Position numbers and translations under genes: made by a program. The notes under the pieces are model-generated. The model saw only the letters and a program-made list of their open reading frames with translations. It did not search any database and was not told the DNA's origin. Positions 29,555 to 41,000 of a stretch of DNA of 64,000 nt are shown here, one piece after another (positions within the stretch are counted from its first letter, which is position 1; each line of letters begins with the position of its first letter). The stretch is from the NCBI GenBank assembly GCA_947178095.1, contig CAMWWZ010000001.1, forward strand, positions 34,145 to 98,144. Reading direction: 5' to 3'. Origin of the DNA: an uncultured Treponema sp. Lineage in GTDB: Bacteria; Spirochaetota; Spirochaetia; Treponematales; Treponemataceae.

Positions 29555-30352
29555 TCATTTTCCGAACAGGATTTTCATCACCGGGTTGTAAAAATATTCC
29601 TCATCGTTTTTTACGGCGGAAAAATGATACAGGTCAATGTAGTCAATCTTTTTGCCATTCAGATTATATTTCCCGTACTGAGCAACATTTTCCCGCAGCT
29701 TTTTCAACTCGGAAAAATTCTCGCTCGGAAGGCACAGTTCAAGATAATCATCTTTTATTTTTCCATCCCACAAGTTCGCCGTTATTATAACATCCGGCTC
29801 CAAAATCTCCAGTTCCCGCTGAAAGAAATTCGTTTTTTCCAGTTCTGAATCTTTCAGAAATCTGTCAACGAGGCTTGTGTTCGTCTGCCAGTCCGTGTCG
29901 CTGTCGTTGCTGAATTTCGAGACATTCACCACGGCAAAGCTGAAACCGTTTTTCTTATTCATCATTTCTTTCATAATTTCGTTTGCCTGCGGAATGTCGG
30001 AAAACGCGATTTTGCCGCCATGCTGTATTCCGTAAACAATATAAAGAATGTGCCGCCACCAGTTGTTGCCATTGTAGAAATCCTTTTCAAAAAAATCTTT
30101 CGAAGTGTCGCGGAAATCATAGCCGCCTATATTCCTTGTCTCGCGCCCGATAAAAAGGACTTTCCTTTTCTGCGAGAAATATCCGGGGAAAAAGCCGTCC
30201 TTGGCGAAGCATTCACGGGGAGCACGCTTTCCATCGCCGTTGTCAACAGGTTCTTTGTTCTTGGAAATCTGCGCTATCCATTCATCAAAGAGCCTCATCA
30301 GTTCATCATTCTTTTCCTTTTCGATTCCAGAGAAAACAAATCTACCGCTCAT
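29555..30352 (-). CDS. Hypothetical protein with uracil-DNA-glycosylase-like motifs
   Basis: KVLFIGRE, AVVNVSK, QRELEILEPDVIIT and LYHFS follow the UDG-superfamily motif order. Confidence 0.5.
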   Translation of the reverse strand: MSGRFVFSGIEKEKNDELMRLFDEWIAQISKNKEPVDNGDGKRAPRECFAKDGFFPGYFSQKRKVLFIGRETRNIGGYDFRDTSKDFFEKDFYNGNNWWRHILYIVYGIQHGGKIAFSDIPQANEIMKEMMNKKNGFSFAVVNVSKFSNDSDTDWQTNTSLVDRFLKDSELEKTNFFQRELEILEPDVIITANLWDGKIKDDYLELCLPSENFSELKKLRENVAQYGKYNLNGKKIDYIDLYHFSAVKNDEEYFYNPVMKILFGK

Positions 30353-30418
30353 AAAAACCTCCGAGTTTTATTTTTTAGTCAATTTCTTTGACATACAATT
30401 CACAAAAATTAGTTTACT

Positions 30419-31378
30419 TCATAATTTGAATGCGTAGTCCAAGTCCTTTTGGATGGTGTCCTTTATTTCCTGCGCCAGCTTGGGATACGCCTTCTTCCGC
30501 GCACCGTCCAGCGTGTAGGATACAGTTCTCTCGCCTGCCGTAGTTTCGTAAGAGTAGACCGCCCTTCCTCCCATGCCAGTTATCTTTATGTTCACCGAAG
30601 GCTTTATGGCTATGGGGTCGTTTCCGATCGCGTTGTCCTCCACCTCCACGCTCGCCGTATGGCTCGCGCCCGCCGCTGTCTTGGTCACGGCGAAGCCGCA
30701 AAGTGATAGCGCGGACGAAACCGCCTGTGCTATAGCCCCGTTCCGCTCGTTGTCCGAGGAGACGAAGACCACACACTCCTTTTTGCTGGCCTCAAACAAC
30801 ACGGGAATAGAAGCAACTTTTTCCCTGTCGCCCGAATATTTCGCCTCGTTCTTGGGCGAGATGACCCTACCGTAATCCAACCTTTCCAAGAACGTCTTTC
30901 CCGCCTCCTGCGCCGTACTGCACTTGGAAAGCCGCACGAAAGGGTCTTTTTCGGACTTCGCGCTTTCGTACTGCCCGAGGAACGTACTACGCTCAAGTTC
31001 TATATAGGGCTTGAACTGCGCCCAAGCGTCGTCGCATCTTATGAACGCCATGCAGTGCCATTTCTTCTTGTAGAAGAATGGCTCGGTGTATTCCAGCGTG
31101 AAAAAGTTCACTTCCGATTTGACGCTCACATCGTCCGAAACGCCTTGCACGGAAGAACCGAGATTCGCGCTCACGCTCGCCTTGAAATACCGCGCGAGGG
31201 CCGCGGCCGCCTCAAGCCTTGCCTCGTCCGCAGTCGCACCCGTTCCGCGCTGCCGCAGAAATTCTTCGTTGGGAACAACAGGATTCGTGACCCACGGCGG
31301 AGGAGGCTCGTTTTTTGCGAACGTGGCTGATGCAATAAGCACAACGCAGACTGTAAGAAATACAGATTTTTTTTTCAT
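30419..31378 (-). CDS. Exported protein with LPP20-like N-terminal domain
   Basis: Signal peptide; PPWV...GTG.TADEARLEAAAALARYF, typical of LPP20-like domains. Confidence 0.6.
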   Translation of the reverse strand: MKKKSVFLTVCVVLIASATFAKNEPPPPWVTNPVVPNEEFLRQRGTGATADEARLEAAAALARYFKASVSANLGSSVQGVSDDVSVKSEVNFFTLEYTEPFFYKKKWHCMAFIRCDDAWAQFKPYIELERSTFLGQYESAKSEKDPFVRLSKCSTAQEAGKTFLERLDYGRVISPKNEAKYSGDREKVASIPVLFEASKKECVVFVSSDNERNGAIAQAVSSALSLCGFAVTKTAAGASHTASVEVEDNAIGNDPIAIKPSVNIKITGMGGRAVYSYETTAGERTVSYTLDGARKKAYPKLAQEIKDTIQKDLDYAFKL

Positions 31379-31388
31379 AAAAAACTCC

Positions 31389-33308
31389 TTATTCACCCTT
31401 GTAGTTGTATTTAATTTTTGCTTTGAACAATGAAGAGTGTCCATCAGAAGGTATTATTATTTTTTCCCACTGCTCTTTAGTGCCCGCGTAATAGACTGTT
31501 TTAAGAGATGTGCAGTCACCAAACGCCTTGTATTTAATTTGAGTAACACTCACGGGAAGTGTTACAGTTGAAAGCGATGTACAGTCACTAAATGCTTGGT
31601 TTCCGATTGAAGTTACACCATCAGGAATCCTTATGCTCTTAAGCGATATGCAGCGTTTGAACGTCTCTGACTCGATTTCAGTCACGCCAACTAATCCAGA
31701 TAAATCAAGCGCGACGAGGTCTTGCTTAATAAGTATATTAGCAATTAATAATTCAGCCGAATCACGTGCGGCTAGTCTTGGATCTATCTTGGTAATAGTA
31801 TAAGCTATGTCTTTCAGTGTGCGCTGTCCCAAAAATCCAGCGATTTTTACCGTTCCGTTGTGTTCGCCAGATTTCAAGACCTCAATAGCTTTGTCCGCAG
31901 ACATACCGCCAGACGGAAGCACGGAAAGTTTCTTGCCGCCGGTGTTTTCAACGGAAATGTAAATCTTGTCCGTGTCGGCATTGCCTACGGGAACGTCAGA
32001 GAATGTAAGCGATGAGGAACTAACATACCTTTCATACGTATACTCTTTGTATACCACTTTTTTGTCGCTGGAAATCTCAAAGCCATTGTATCGTTTGTCA
32101 TATTTTACGGATAGAGTGTAGTTTTTTTTGGCTATGGTTTTCTTGTTCGCGTCTAGAAGCGCCACGGAGAGCGGGTAGCTTTCCGTCCTTTCTGTGTTCG
32201 TCCATTTAAGCCAATTGTCGCCCTTGATGTCGTCCGCATACGTCCACGGAAAACCATTCATCTTGTCGCCCCAGTTCTTGCTTTCTGGAATAGTATGCAT
32301 CGCAGTCATAAGTTCGTCTGCAATTTTCTTGTTCTCTTCAGCGCTTGTTTGCTTCAAATACGGCGCGCCAAGGCGGAAAGACATTGTGCCGTTCGCGTAG
32401 TCCTGCTCCTTAAGCGGCAACGATTCAATATCGGTAAAGTAGCGCACTTCGAATTCTGGTGGGTTCGCCGCGATAAGGCTTGCCGCTTCCAAAAGAAGCT
32501 TGTTCCAGTCGTTGCGGAGTTTTATCATATTCTTCGCGTTCGCGCCAAAGTTTCCGCCCGTCACCACCGTCGTCATACCGCTTATTCGGCTCGTGGCCTC
32601 GGCAAAGTCCTTGTCGTTCTTTTTCGCCTGAATGTAGTAGGTCAGAGCCTCTATGTTCGAGCCTCTGTTCTCGGCGACGATACCTTTTGCTACGCTCACC
32701 TGTGCGCTCGTCTCCGCTGCCATCACCACTCCAGTCTGTGTCAACTTGCTCTTCGCATCGTCGCCCAAAGCAATTCCATAGCCCGTCATCAAATCATAAG
32801 AAATCTGATTCGCCATCGAGCCGTCCTCCAATGCGATGCGCAGACAGTTGGGAACGCTCGCGCTCGCCTTGGTCTCGCCGGTCTGCGCGTCCGTAATGCT
32901 GAATGTGAGCGCGTAGGCATTGGACTTTGCCAAAATGCTCCCTGTGACGATGAGTCGCGCGTTCGTCATCTTGCCTATTTCAATGGCGTTCTTCTCATCA
33001 AACTCCGCACTCTCAGAAAGCCGTTGCTCCGCCTTAACCATATCGGAGTTTTGTCGGTCAATCACAGTCAACCCCGAATACTGCTGAAAGTTCGATGTAA
33101 TCACGCCCTGCATGAAAAACGGAATCCAGTCCGCGCCATCGCCCAAATTCACCCCCTTGGGCGCGGGCACGGCGATTGAAACGGCTTCGCGCTTGGAGTT
33201 AGTTTCGACGACTGTTTCGCTCGCTGCGCTGCCTTTTTTCTTTGCGCTTTTGGCAAACACTGCCGTTCCAACGGCAATCACCATTAACACTACGACAATC
33301 TTTTTCAT
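31389..33308 (-). CDS. Exported protein: CsgG/FlgO-like N-terminal domain and C-terminal BspA-type leucine-rich repeats
   Basis: VIDRQN...AEQRLS...IEIGKM..A..IVTGSI (CsgG-like); FKRCISLKSIRIPDGVTSIGNQAFSDCTSLSTVTLP (LRR_5). Confidence 0.75.
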   Translation of the reverse strand: MKKIVVVLMVIAVGTAVFAKSAKKKGSAASETVVETNSKREAVSIAVPAPKGVNLGDGADWIPFFMQGVITSNFQQYSGLTVIDRQNSDMVKAEQRLSESAEFDEKNAIEIGKMTNARLIVTGSILAKSNAYALTFSITDAQTGETKASASVPNCLRIALEDGSMANQISYDLMTGYGIALGDDAKSKLTQTGVVMAAETSAQVSVAKGIVAENRGSNIEALTYYIQAKKNDKDFAEATSRISGMTTVVTGGNFGANAKNMIKLRNDWNKLLLEAASLIAANPPEFEVRYFTDIESLPLKEQDYANGTMSFRLGAPYLKQTSAEENKKIADELMTAMHTIPESKNWGDKMNGFPWTYADDIKGDNWLKWTNTERTESYPLSVALLDANKKTIAKKNYTLSVKYDKRYNGFEISSDKKVVYKEYTYERYVSSSSLTFSDVPVGNADTDKIYISVENTGGKKLSVLPSGGMSADKAIEVLKSGEHNGTVKIAGFLGQRTLKDIAYTITKIDPRLAARDSAELLIANILIKQDLVALDLSGLVGVTEIESETFKRCISLKSIRIPDGVTSIGNQAFSDCTSLSTVTLPVSVTQIKYKAFGDCTSLKTVYYAGTKEQWEKIIIPSDGHSSLFKAKIKYNYKGE

Positions 33309-33390
33309 TTCATTTCTCCATATTGTTTTGCCCGGTTTAGGCGTTTTTCGAAATCTTCCGCGCTGTAAAGAATCCTTTTTTTAAGAAAAA

Positions 33391-33471
33391 ACAGTGCAAT
33401 ATACTGTCAATTATACAGTTTCACACACTGCTTGTCAAGATGAGCACACGATTAACAGCGCAATATACTGT
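33391..33471. promoter_or_regulatory. Two near-identical palindromic operator-like sites
   Basis: ACAGT-gcaatat-ACTGT (33391-33407) and ACAGC-gcaatat-ACTGT (33455-33471), between divergent genes. Confidence 0.55.
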
Positions 33472-33504
33472 TATTATTTCGCGTTTTGCATTCATATTTA
33501 CAAT

Positions 33505-33834
33505 ATGACATTGCAGGAAATCTTCATAAAGAATCTCAAATTCTATCGCAAGCAAAGCGGACTTACGCAGAACGAACTGACGCTCAAAATCGACAAAAGC
33601 TATAACTACATAAACGGCGTGGAGCAAAAGAAAAGTTTTCCCCCGCCAGACGTAATAGAAAAAATCGCAGACGCGCTCGGCATACAGTCGCACCTGCTTT
33701 TTATGGCGAACGGCTGCCCGGAAAACGCGATGAAATTCAACGCGGATATGTACATAGAAAAAATCACCGACACGCTTTATCAAAGGCTAAAAGACGACAT
33801 CCGCCGGGAAGTGCAGGAAGTCTTTGCGCGCTAA
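33505..33834 (+). CDS. XRE family HTH transcriptional regulator
   Basis: NLKFYRKQSGLTQNEL...SYNYINGVEQKKSFPPPDVIEKIADAL. Confidence 0.9.
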   Translation: MTLQEIFIKNLKFYRKQSGLTQNELTLKIDKSYNYINGVEQKKSFPPPDVIEKIADALGIQSHLLFMANGCPENAMKFNADMYIEKITDTLYQRLKDDIRREVQEVFAR

Positions 33835-33860
33835 CGCAAGGCGCTACTTTTGAAAAAAAC

Positions 33861-33889
33861 TTGCACAATTATTGACAATGTGCTATAAT
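33861..33889 (+). promoter_or_regulatory. Sigma70-type promoter for the comFB-like gene
   Basis: TTGCAC-17 bp-TATAAT with extended -10 TG. Confidence 0.55.
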
Positions 33890-33896
33890 CGGATTT

Positions 33897-34643
33897 ATGA
33901 AAGCCACGAACTTAATGGAACAATTTGTAAAAGAACAAGTCGATGACATGTACGCTCGAATTAAGGAAGAAAATCCGTCCTCGCCAATTTGCGACTGCGA
34001 AAACTGCCGCCTTGACGTTCTTTGCTACGTGCTCAACAGAGTTCCTCCGAAATACACAGTCTCGTCCAGAGGCGTTAGCCACACGCAGCGCGAACTGGAA
34101 AATTTCAAGCAGATTTCCGCCGACGTGGGAAAAATCGTGATGGACGGAATTCGCCTGATAAGTTCTTCAAAGCGTCCGAACCACAATTCATCCTACGCGA
34201 CTTCTATTGAAAAACTCAAGATCATAAAACAGCGGCCGTTCTTTTTGTTCCCGATTTTGTCCGGCTACGTATATGACGGGCTAACGTTCGAATCCCTCGT
34301 GGACGCGCAAATCTCGCTTTTCATCGACGGAAAATTGGCGAAAATGCTCGACTCGACGTGGCAGAATCCGTGCAAGACTTTCAAGGCCACAGAAGGCGCG
34401 TACAATTTTTGCGTGCTTCCAAGGAAGGCGATGAAGGCGAATTTGACGCGCGATTTCAACATTCTTCTGAAAGTCGAGGCCGAGGGCTACGAAAGCGTGA
34501 ACTATTCGTTTACCGTGCCGATTTCAAGCATAATCGCGAAAGATTCCAGCGGATTTGCGAACTATTCGCTTAAAATTCAGGATTTGTTTCTCTTTCCTAA
34601 AGGCGCGGAAAACACGATGGAAAGGTACATTGCCGAAGAATAG
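33897..34643 (+). CDS. Late competence development ComFB-family protein
   Basis: N.ME..V...; CDCENCRLDVLCYVLNRVPPKY. Confidence 0.85.
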   Translation: MKATNLMEQFVKEQVDDMYARIKEENPSSPICDCENCRLDVLCYVLNRVPPKYTVSSRGVSHTQRELENFKQISADVGKIVMDGIRLISSSKRPNHNSSYATSIEKLKIIKQRPFFLFPILSGYVYDGLTFESLVDAQISLFIDGKLAKMLDSTWQNPCKTFKATEGAYNFCVLPRKAMKANLTRDFNILLKVEAEGYESVNYSFTVPISSIIAKDSSGFANYSLKIQDLFLFPKGAENTMERYIAEE

Positions 34644-34712
34644 CGGTAAACGGGAGTCGAACCCGCCTGTCGGGCTTGGGAAGCCCGCATACTACCGATG
34701 TATTATTACCGC
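34642..34712 (-). tRNA. tRNA-Gly(CCC)
   Basis: Cloverleaf: acceptor GCGGTAA/TTACCGC, anticodon arm CGGGC-TTCCCAA-GCCCG, TTCGA loop; no encoded CCA. Confidence 0.92.
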
Positions 34713-34716
34713 GGAA

Positions 34717-34790
<74 letters not shown>

Positions 34791-34800
34791 AACTTTTCGA

Positions 34801-34829
34801 ATTATAGCATTTTTCTCGATTTTGTGCAA
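34801..34829 (-). promoter_or_regulatory. Promoter of tRNA-Arg/tRNA-Gly
   Basis: TTGCAC-17 bp-TATAAT on the minus strand. Confidence 0.65.
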
Positions 34830-35035
34830 GCGGAATGTCAAAAATCCACGCCAAAAAAGCGCGCGGATTTTTATGAATTTCGGGAAAATTCAATGCGCGT
34901 TCGCGCAAGCAAAAAAAATAAATTTTTCGGCAGTCTCCGCGTTTTTGCGTTAATTCGTTTCAAAAAATTCATACTTACATTACAGGACAAAAAAGTCATT
35001 TCAAAACGAAGTGATGTTCTTCAAGGAGGTGTTTT

Positions 35036-38000
35036 TTGAAAGAATTCTTTCAACGCTGCGCGGCATTCTTGATGCTGGCAGTCTATTCTTTGTCAATCGC
35101 CAACGCCGCGCAAATCGCGCAAGATTTTCAGGCGCAAAGAAAAACGCTTGACGCATATCTTGAGCGCGCGCTGGTGCAAGGCGACAGGGAAAAATTCGAA
35201 AAAATCGCCGCGCTGGGAATTGGCGCCGCCATCGCCGAATGGGAGCAAGATTCCATGGAAAAGAAAATCGAAGGCTACGACGAGTGGATTTCGCAAAGGA
35301 ACGCCCTTTCGGAAGACTTGGAATCCTACAAGGACGAAAGTCTTGCGAAATGGATTTTGAAAAAGCAAAACGAGGAGCGGGAGGAAATCCAACGAAACGC
35401 GCTCTACAACGTCCTCCATGAAGCCGCCCTCGCCTTCGCTTACACAAAATCCGACGGAAGCACAACTCGTATAGTTTCCAAAGATTTCATCGACGAAGCG
35501 AAGGCGCAATGGAGCGAAATTTCCATGGCAATCGTGCAAGAATACATCGAAGCATGGAACGGCGAAAACATGTCCGCCGACGAGCGCGAACTTTTCGGAC
35601 TGAAAATTTCTGAGGCGGAAAAAGCCGCGCTCGTTTTGGAAGCGAAAGAAAGTTCGATAACATTTTTGCAAGGCGAATACATTTCGATTGAAACCGCTAT
35701 CACAAATTCGCTAGTGAGCGCGCTTTTGTACGACCAAGATTCGCTCAAAAAACTCAGCGACAGCGAAGCCGCCTCGACCATCGCGCGAAAGCTCTCCGAA
35801 AGCATCGAGTCGCAGACTTCCGAATCCATGGCGCATCTTTTCAACGAAATGGAAACGGAATTGGAAGTCGCGAGCGCGGATTCCTTGAGCGGCGCGAAGG
35901 AGCAAGAATGGCTCGGAAAATTCGAGCGCGAGCTTGCGGCAGGGCTCGAAAAATGGAACGAAGCCGAGCGCAGTTTTTTGGCGGCTCGCGTGGAGTGGGA
36001 GCAAAATTCGGAGAACATTTTCATAAACGACAATAAAAAATGGACGGAGGCTTACAATGAACTTGGCAAAAGAAAATCGGATTGGGCGGCAAAAATCGAA
36101 AATCAAATTCAGGAAGGAACGAAGAAATGGGAAGAAAAGCATTCCCTTCTTCAAGACCAAATCAGAAACTATTTCGAAGAATTCCAAAGCAAGCTCGCTA
36201 TTGAAATCCAGCAGAAAAGAGAAATCGTCAGCGCGGGAATTGAAACGTACAACCAATGCCGCGAAATTCTCGCCATGGCAAAAAGCGGCATTTCAAACAG
36301 TTATGCCAAGTGGTGCGAAAAATACAACGGCCTTTATTCGTATTGGAAAACAGAGGACTCTTCTTGCGACGCGGACAATTCGGACATAAAATCGATCGCC
36401 GGAAAAATATCCGAATGGAAAAACATTTTCATAAAAACCGCGCTTGACATAATCGAACGATATTTGAATCACGCGAAATCCAGCGCAGAAGAAATCGACG
36501 AAAGCGAAATAGAAGAACTTTACAAAGAAATTTCAAGCCTTTCGGAAAAATCAAGTTTCGACGAAATTTCCAAAATCGCAAAAAAAGTCGCGCAGCAAAA
36601 AAATAAAATTCAATCCCAACTCAACGACTCGCAAGAAGAAATCAACAAGGAAATTTGGCAAGTTTTCGAAGGCTGCGCATCGCTTTCAAAAGACTACGAA
36701 GAAATTTCTGCGTGGCTCGAACTTTTCGAACAATACGAAAAAGAAGTCAGCGCATCGCTTTCGCAGATTTACGAAAATGCCGGCGGCGGAATAGCGCAAA
36801 GCGGCTTCGATGAAATCGAAAACGAAATGGCGAAACTTTCCGCATTGGAATCGTATTGGGAAAGCCGCGAAAAAATCGCGCTCGGCGTTTACGAATATTC
36901 CAAGGACTACACAAGCGGAATCGAAAGCGCCGACACGACCGCAAAAAATTTGGAAGAAGCCCTCAAAAAATACGAAGAGAAAAAAGCGGAATACCAAAGA
37001 ATGCTCGGCGCGCTTTCCGAATTGCAGGCGGAAGTAAAAGAGGCGCAAAACAAATACGATTCCGCGGCGGAAGACGCGTCGAGCGCGCTCGAACACATAG
37101 AAGAGCAACGCCAAATCTACGATGAGTTGTACGAACGCTACAAAGCGACAAGCGATTCCAAGGCATTCGGCGAAATTTCCGCATTGAACGAAAAGCTTCA
37201 AAAAATCGAGCTTTGCGGCGCGGAATACGAAAAACTTCTTTTGTCGTATTATTTTGAAATTCAAGACGAAGACAAAAAAAGTTTCGAAGCAGAAATAGAA
37301 AATATAAAAAAGAATTTCCAAGACGGAAAGGAAGAAACAGTCACTGAAAGCATGATTGATCTAAAACAGAATGACATATTGGGCGAACTTGAAGGCGAAG
37401 CCTTCGACTTGTCAGAATATGTCGGACTTTCCGTGAAGATTTTTTCCACTTCCGAAATAGAAAATTTTTCCATCACGCTCAAAGCCATAGTCGAAAGCGA
37501 CGAAATTGATGTCGCCGCCCTCGAAGCGATTCTTCCCGACTTGGAAAAATTCGACGGCAAAAACGTGAACCCGTTGAAAGTCGAAATCGAAAATTATCAC
37601 AATCTCAACAATGAAATTGAAATTGCCGGCGAAAACGAAATTGAAATCGAAAATGCGGATGAAAACGAAGAAGCGGATTTTTCAGAAAGAAAAACGCAAA
37701 TCCTTGAAAACATCCGCGCGCATATCATGGCAATCAAAAAAACTTGTCAGGACGAAATCGCATTCCGGAACGCCGTATTGCTTTTGCTAGAATCGGAGAA
37801 CGCGGAAGAGATAGAAGAAATATTCGCGAAAAATCCCGAACTTGAAGAACGGTGCGAGCCATATAAAAAATGGTCTTTCGCACTAAAAACCAAAACGCAG
37901 CGCAAAGCAAGAAAGGCCGTAAGCGACATAATTCAAAACGTGCCGCGCGGAAATCTCGAGGAATTTTTCGCAGCCTTGGACGAAGCAGACGCGGAACTCG

Positions 38001-41000
38001 ATTCGGCAGGACTTTGCATTCTCGCGCTTTACAAAAAGGCGATCGCATGCAAAAGCGCGTGCGACACAAACCGCGCGACGCTTGCGAAAAACATAAGCGA
38101 AACTTTCCAAAAAGAATTTTCCATCAATGAATACGATTTTCACGAAAAGATTTTTGAAAGTTTTTTCGATGAAAAAGATTTGCGTTGCGAAAAAATTTCC
38201 AATCCCGACTACTCGCTTTTAAATACAATGGAAAGCAGCAAATCGCACATCGAAAAAATGGAAAGATTCTACTTGGATTCGTTCGACATGCAAAAAACGA
38301 TTTCCGAATTGCAAGTCGCAATGGAAAATCAAAAAAATAAAATCCTGGACGCGCAAAAAGAATACGAACAAAAAATCGAAGCGTTGCGCGGCGAATCCAG
38401 CGGCAGCGCGTTGAATTTGTACATCGCAAAATGCGAAGAATACAACGCCGCGCTCAAGCGCACGCAGGATTTTTATGCGCAGACGGAAGACGCGCGGCGA
38501 GAATATCGCGCCGCCGAGGAAATTTATTTTTACGCGCAAAACGAATATCTCCACAAAAACATCGACGCGGATTTGGAAGAAAACCTTGCGCTCGCGCGGC
38601 AAAAACTTTCCGACGTGCACACGGCGTTGGAAGCACTTTCTGAAATAAAGGCGGAAAGAGATTCTTGCGAAAAGCCGTCCGAATCTTTCCAAGAATTCGA
38701 CGAATACAAAGCAAGCATGCTTCAATATTACAGAGCCAGAGTTTTGTCGTATGAATACAACAAAGAACTTGCCGCGCAAAAGGAACGCCTTCGCCAAGCG
38801 CAACTTGCGGAAAACGACGCGCTCGAATCGCTCGTTTGCGAATACGATGCGAAAAATGAAGCGATTCCATCAATCGTAAAAGATTTTGTGAAAGTCGAAG
38901 AGAGCGTTGATTCCGACGGCAGCACATCGTATTCGTTCAAATTGAATTCAATCGAAAAAATAAGCCAAATGTCGGAAGACGAAATTTCGCAAAACGAAAG
39001 GCTGCTTTCGGATTATTACACGAACACCGTCGCGACGGAAACCGAGCAAGAATGCACGAAGGCAAAGCTCGGCGCGATTGCATTTCTCGAAAGCCTTGAC
39101 GAAAAGCCTTACAGCATCGAAGACCTCGCGCTCGCCCTGCTCTACCTAAAGATGCAAGGCAGCGACGAACAAAAATCGCGCTGGCTTTTTTCAAGCGAAG
39201 ATCCGACAATTTACGAAAACTATCCGATAGGCGACATTCCCGAAAAAGTGCATTCGATGGAAATCTGGAAAAGCTTCAAAAACGGTCGCATGACCGCGTT
39301 GAAAGATGCCTATGAAAAAGTAGTGAACAAAGGCGGCGAGCAAGACATCATAAACTACATACTTTATTCGCAGACCAACATCAACACTTCCCTCGACCTT
39401 TATGAAAGACAGCGCGAAGAATTGACAAAACGCGGATTCGAAAATCTGATAAAAGACGTAGAAAGCCAAGTGGACACTCTTGTCGCAGCCGCAATCATAC
39501 AAATGGTAATAATATCGACGTTCACCGCCATATTTGCAATCCCAATATTCGGGGCGTGGGCAGCCGTTCCACTCGCGGCGGCAACGATAATTTTAGTCTC
39601 GCTTTCGATTGCGGCGGCAAAACTCAGCGACGTAAAAGACGACATAATCGGACTGAAAAAAAGCCGCGAAGAAATTCTCGCCGAGCACAACGAAAAACAA
39701 GAAACGCTGATTTCGGCTTGGCAAAACGCAAGGGAACTGCGGAAAGCAGAAGAAGAGAATCTAAAGATTTTGACGGGAGGACAAAATGATTCCAAAAAAG
39801 AAAAACTCACTTGGGAAGAATTTGACGCGGCATTGAAAAAATTCTGCGCGTCTTCAGAAAGCGCGGATTATTCTTACTACGAGAACATCCACACGGCGGA
39901 AGGAAAAAATTTGCGGGAACTTTTCGACACAATATCGGACGACACGATTCTCACGGTGGACAATGCCATAACGAAAATCGAAAGCGTCCTGAAAAGCGAA
40001 AGCGAGCAAAAATCCGCCGCGCTTGATTCTTATGTACAAGAAAGGCTCAAACAAAAAGAAGAGGAATCCGAAGAATTCAATTCACTTCTCTATGCGGGCG
40101 CGGACGAAAATCCTGATTACAAGAACAAATTGAAATCCGCCGCGAAAAGCGCGTGGGGAAAAGATTCTTTCGATCAGGCAAAATATCGTTCGGATATGAT
40201 TTCGTTTTATTGCGAAGAACTTCTGCAAGATTTGCCCGCGCATTTCGGAGATTCGACCGAAAGCTATTTTCTTGAAATTTTCGAAGCTTTGGAAGAGCCG
40301 TACATTCAACATATATTCGAAGCGGCGAATGCGCAGCTGGAAATAAAGCGCGACTATTTTTCGATTCTCAAAATGAGCATGCAAGAAGAGGAAGCGTCTT
40401 GGCAAGACAAAATGCTTGTAGCAGCGCAAATAGGATTTGAAGAATGGGAAAAGGCCGAAGAGAAAATAAACGCCGCGTACAATTCGTGGCAAAAAGAATG
40501 GCTCGACGAATACGATCGAAAAAATCATGAGTGGGACGAAAACTACACGGCTTTTCTGCTCGACAAGCAAGAGTGGATAAACCAATCCTATTTGCAGGCG
40601 GGCGTCCAAGAATTTCAAGCGAAGGACTATGCAAACATTTCGCAGATGAAACGAGCGACAAAAATGGGAGATTCGATTTCCGAATATGTCGCATTGCTCT
40701 ATGACACGCAAAAATTTTCGCGACTCGAAACTTTCGCGGAAAAGATTCTTTCGTTCGCCGACAACAGCGGCTATGATTTGGGAATATTCGCATTCGACAA
40801 AATCGATTCTTCCGCATTGAAAAATCTGGATGAAATCTATGCAAAGCGCGAAAAAGTCGAAAGCGACATGAAGAACGCCGCCGCGAAATATCAGGCGCAA
40901 ATGCTCGAAGCTCAGGCAAAAGAAAAGCTCGAAGCGCATTTATACGAAATCCAAAATCAAAACGAACAAGTCGAAGACTGGGAACTCGACCTTGTGAGAA

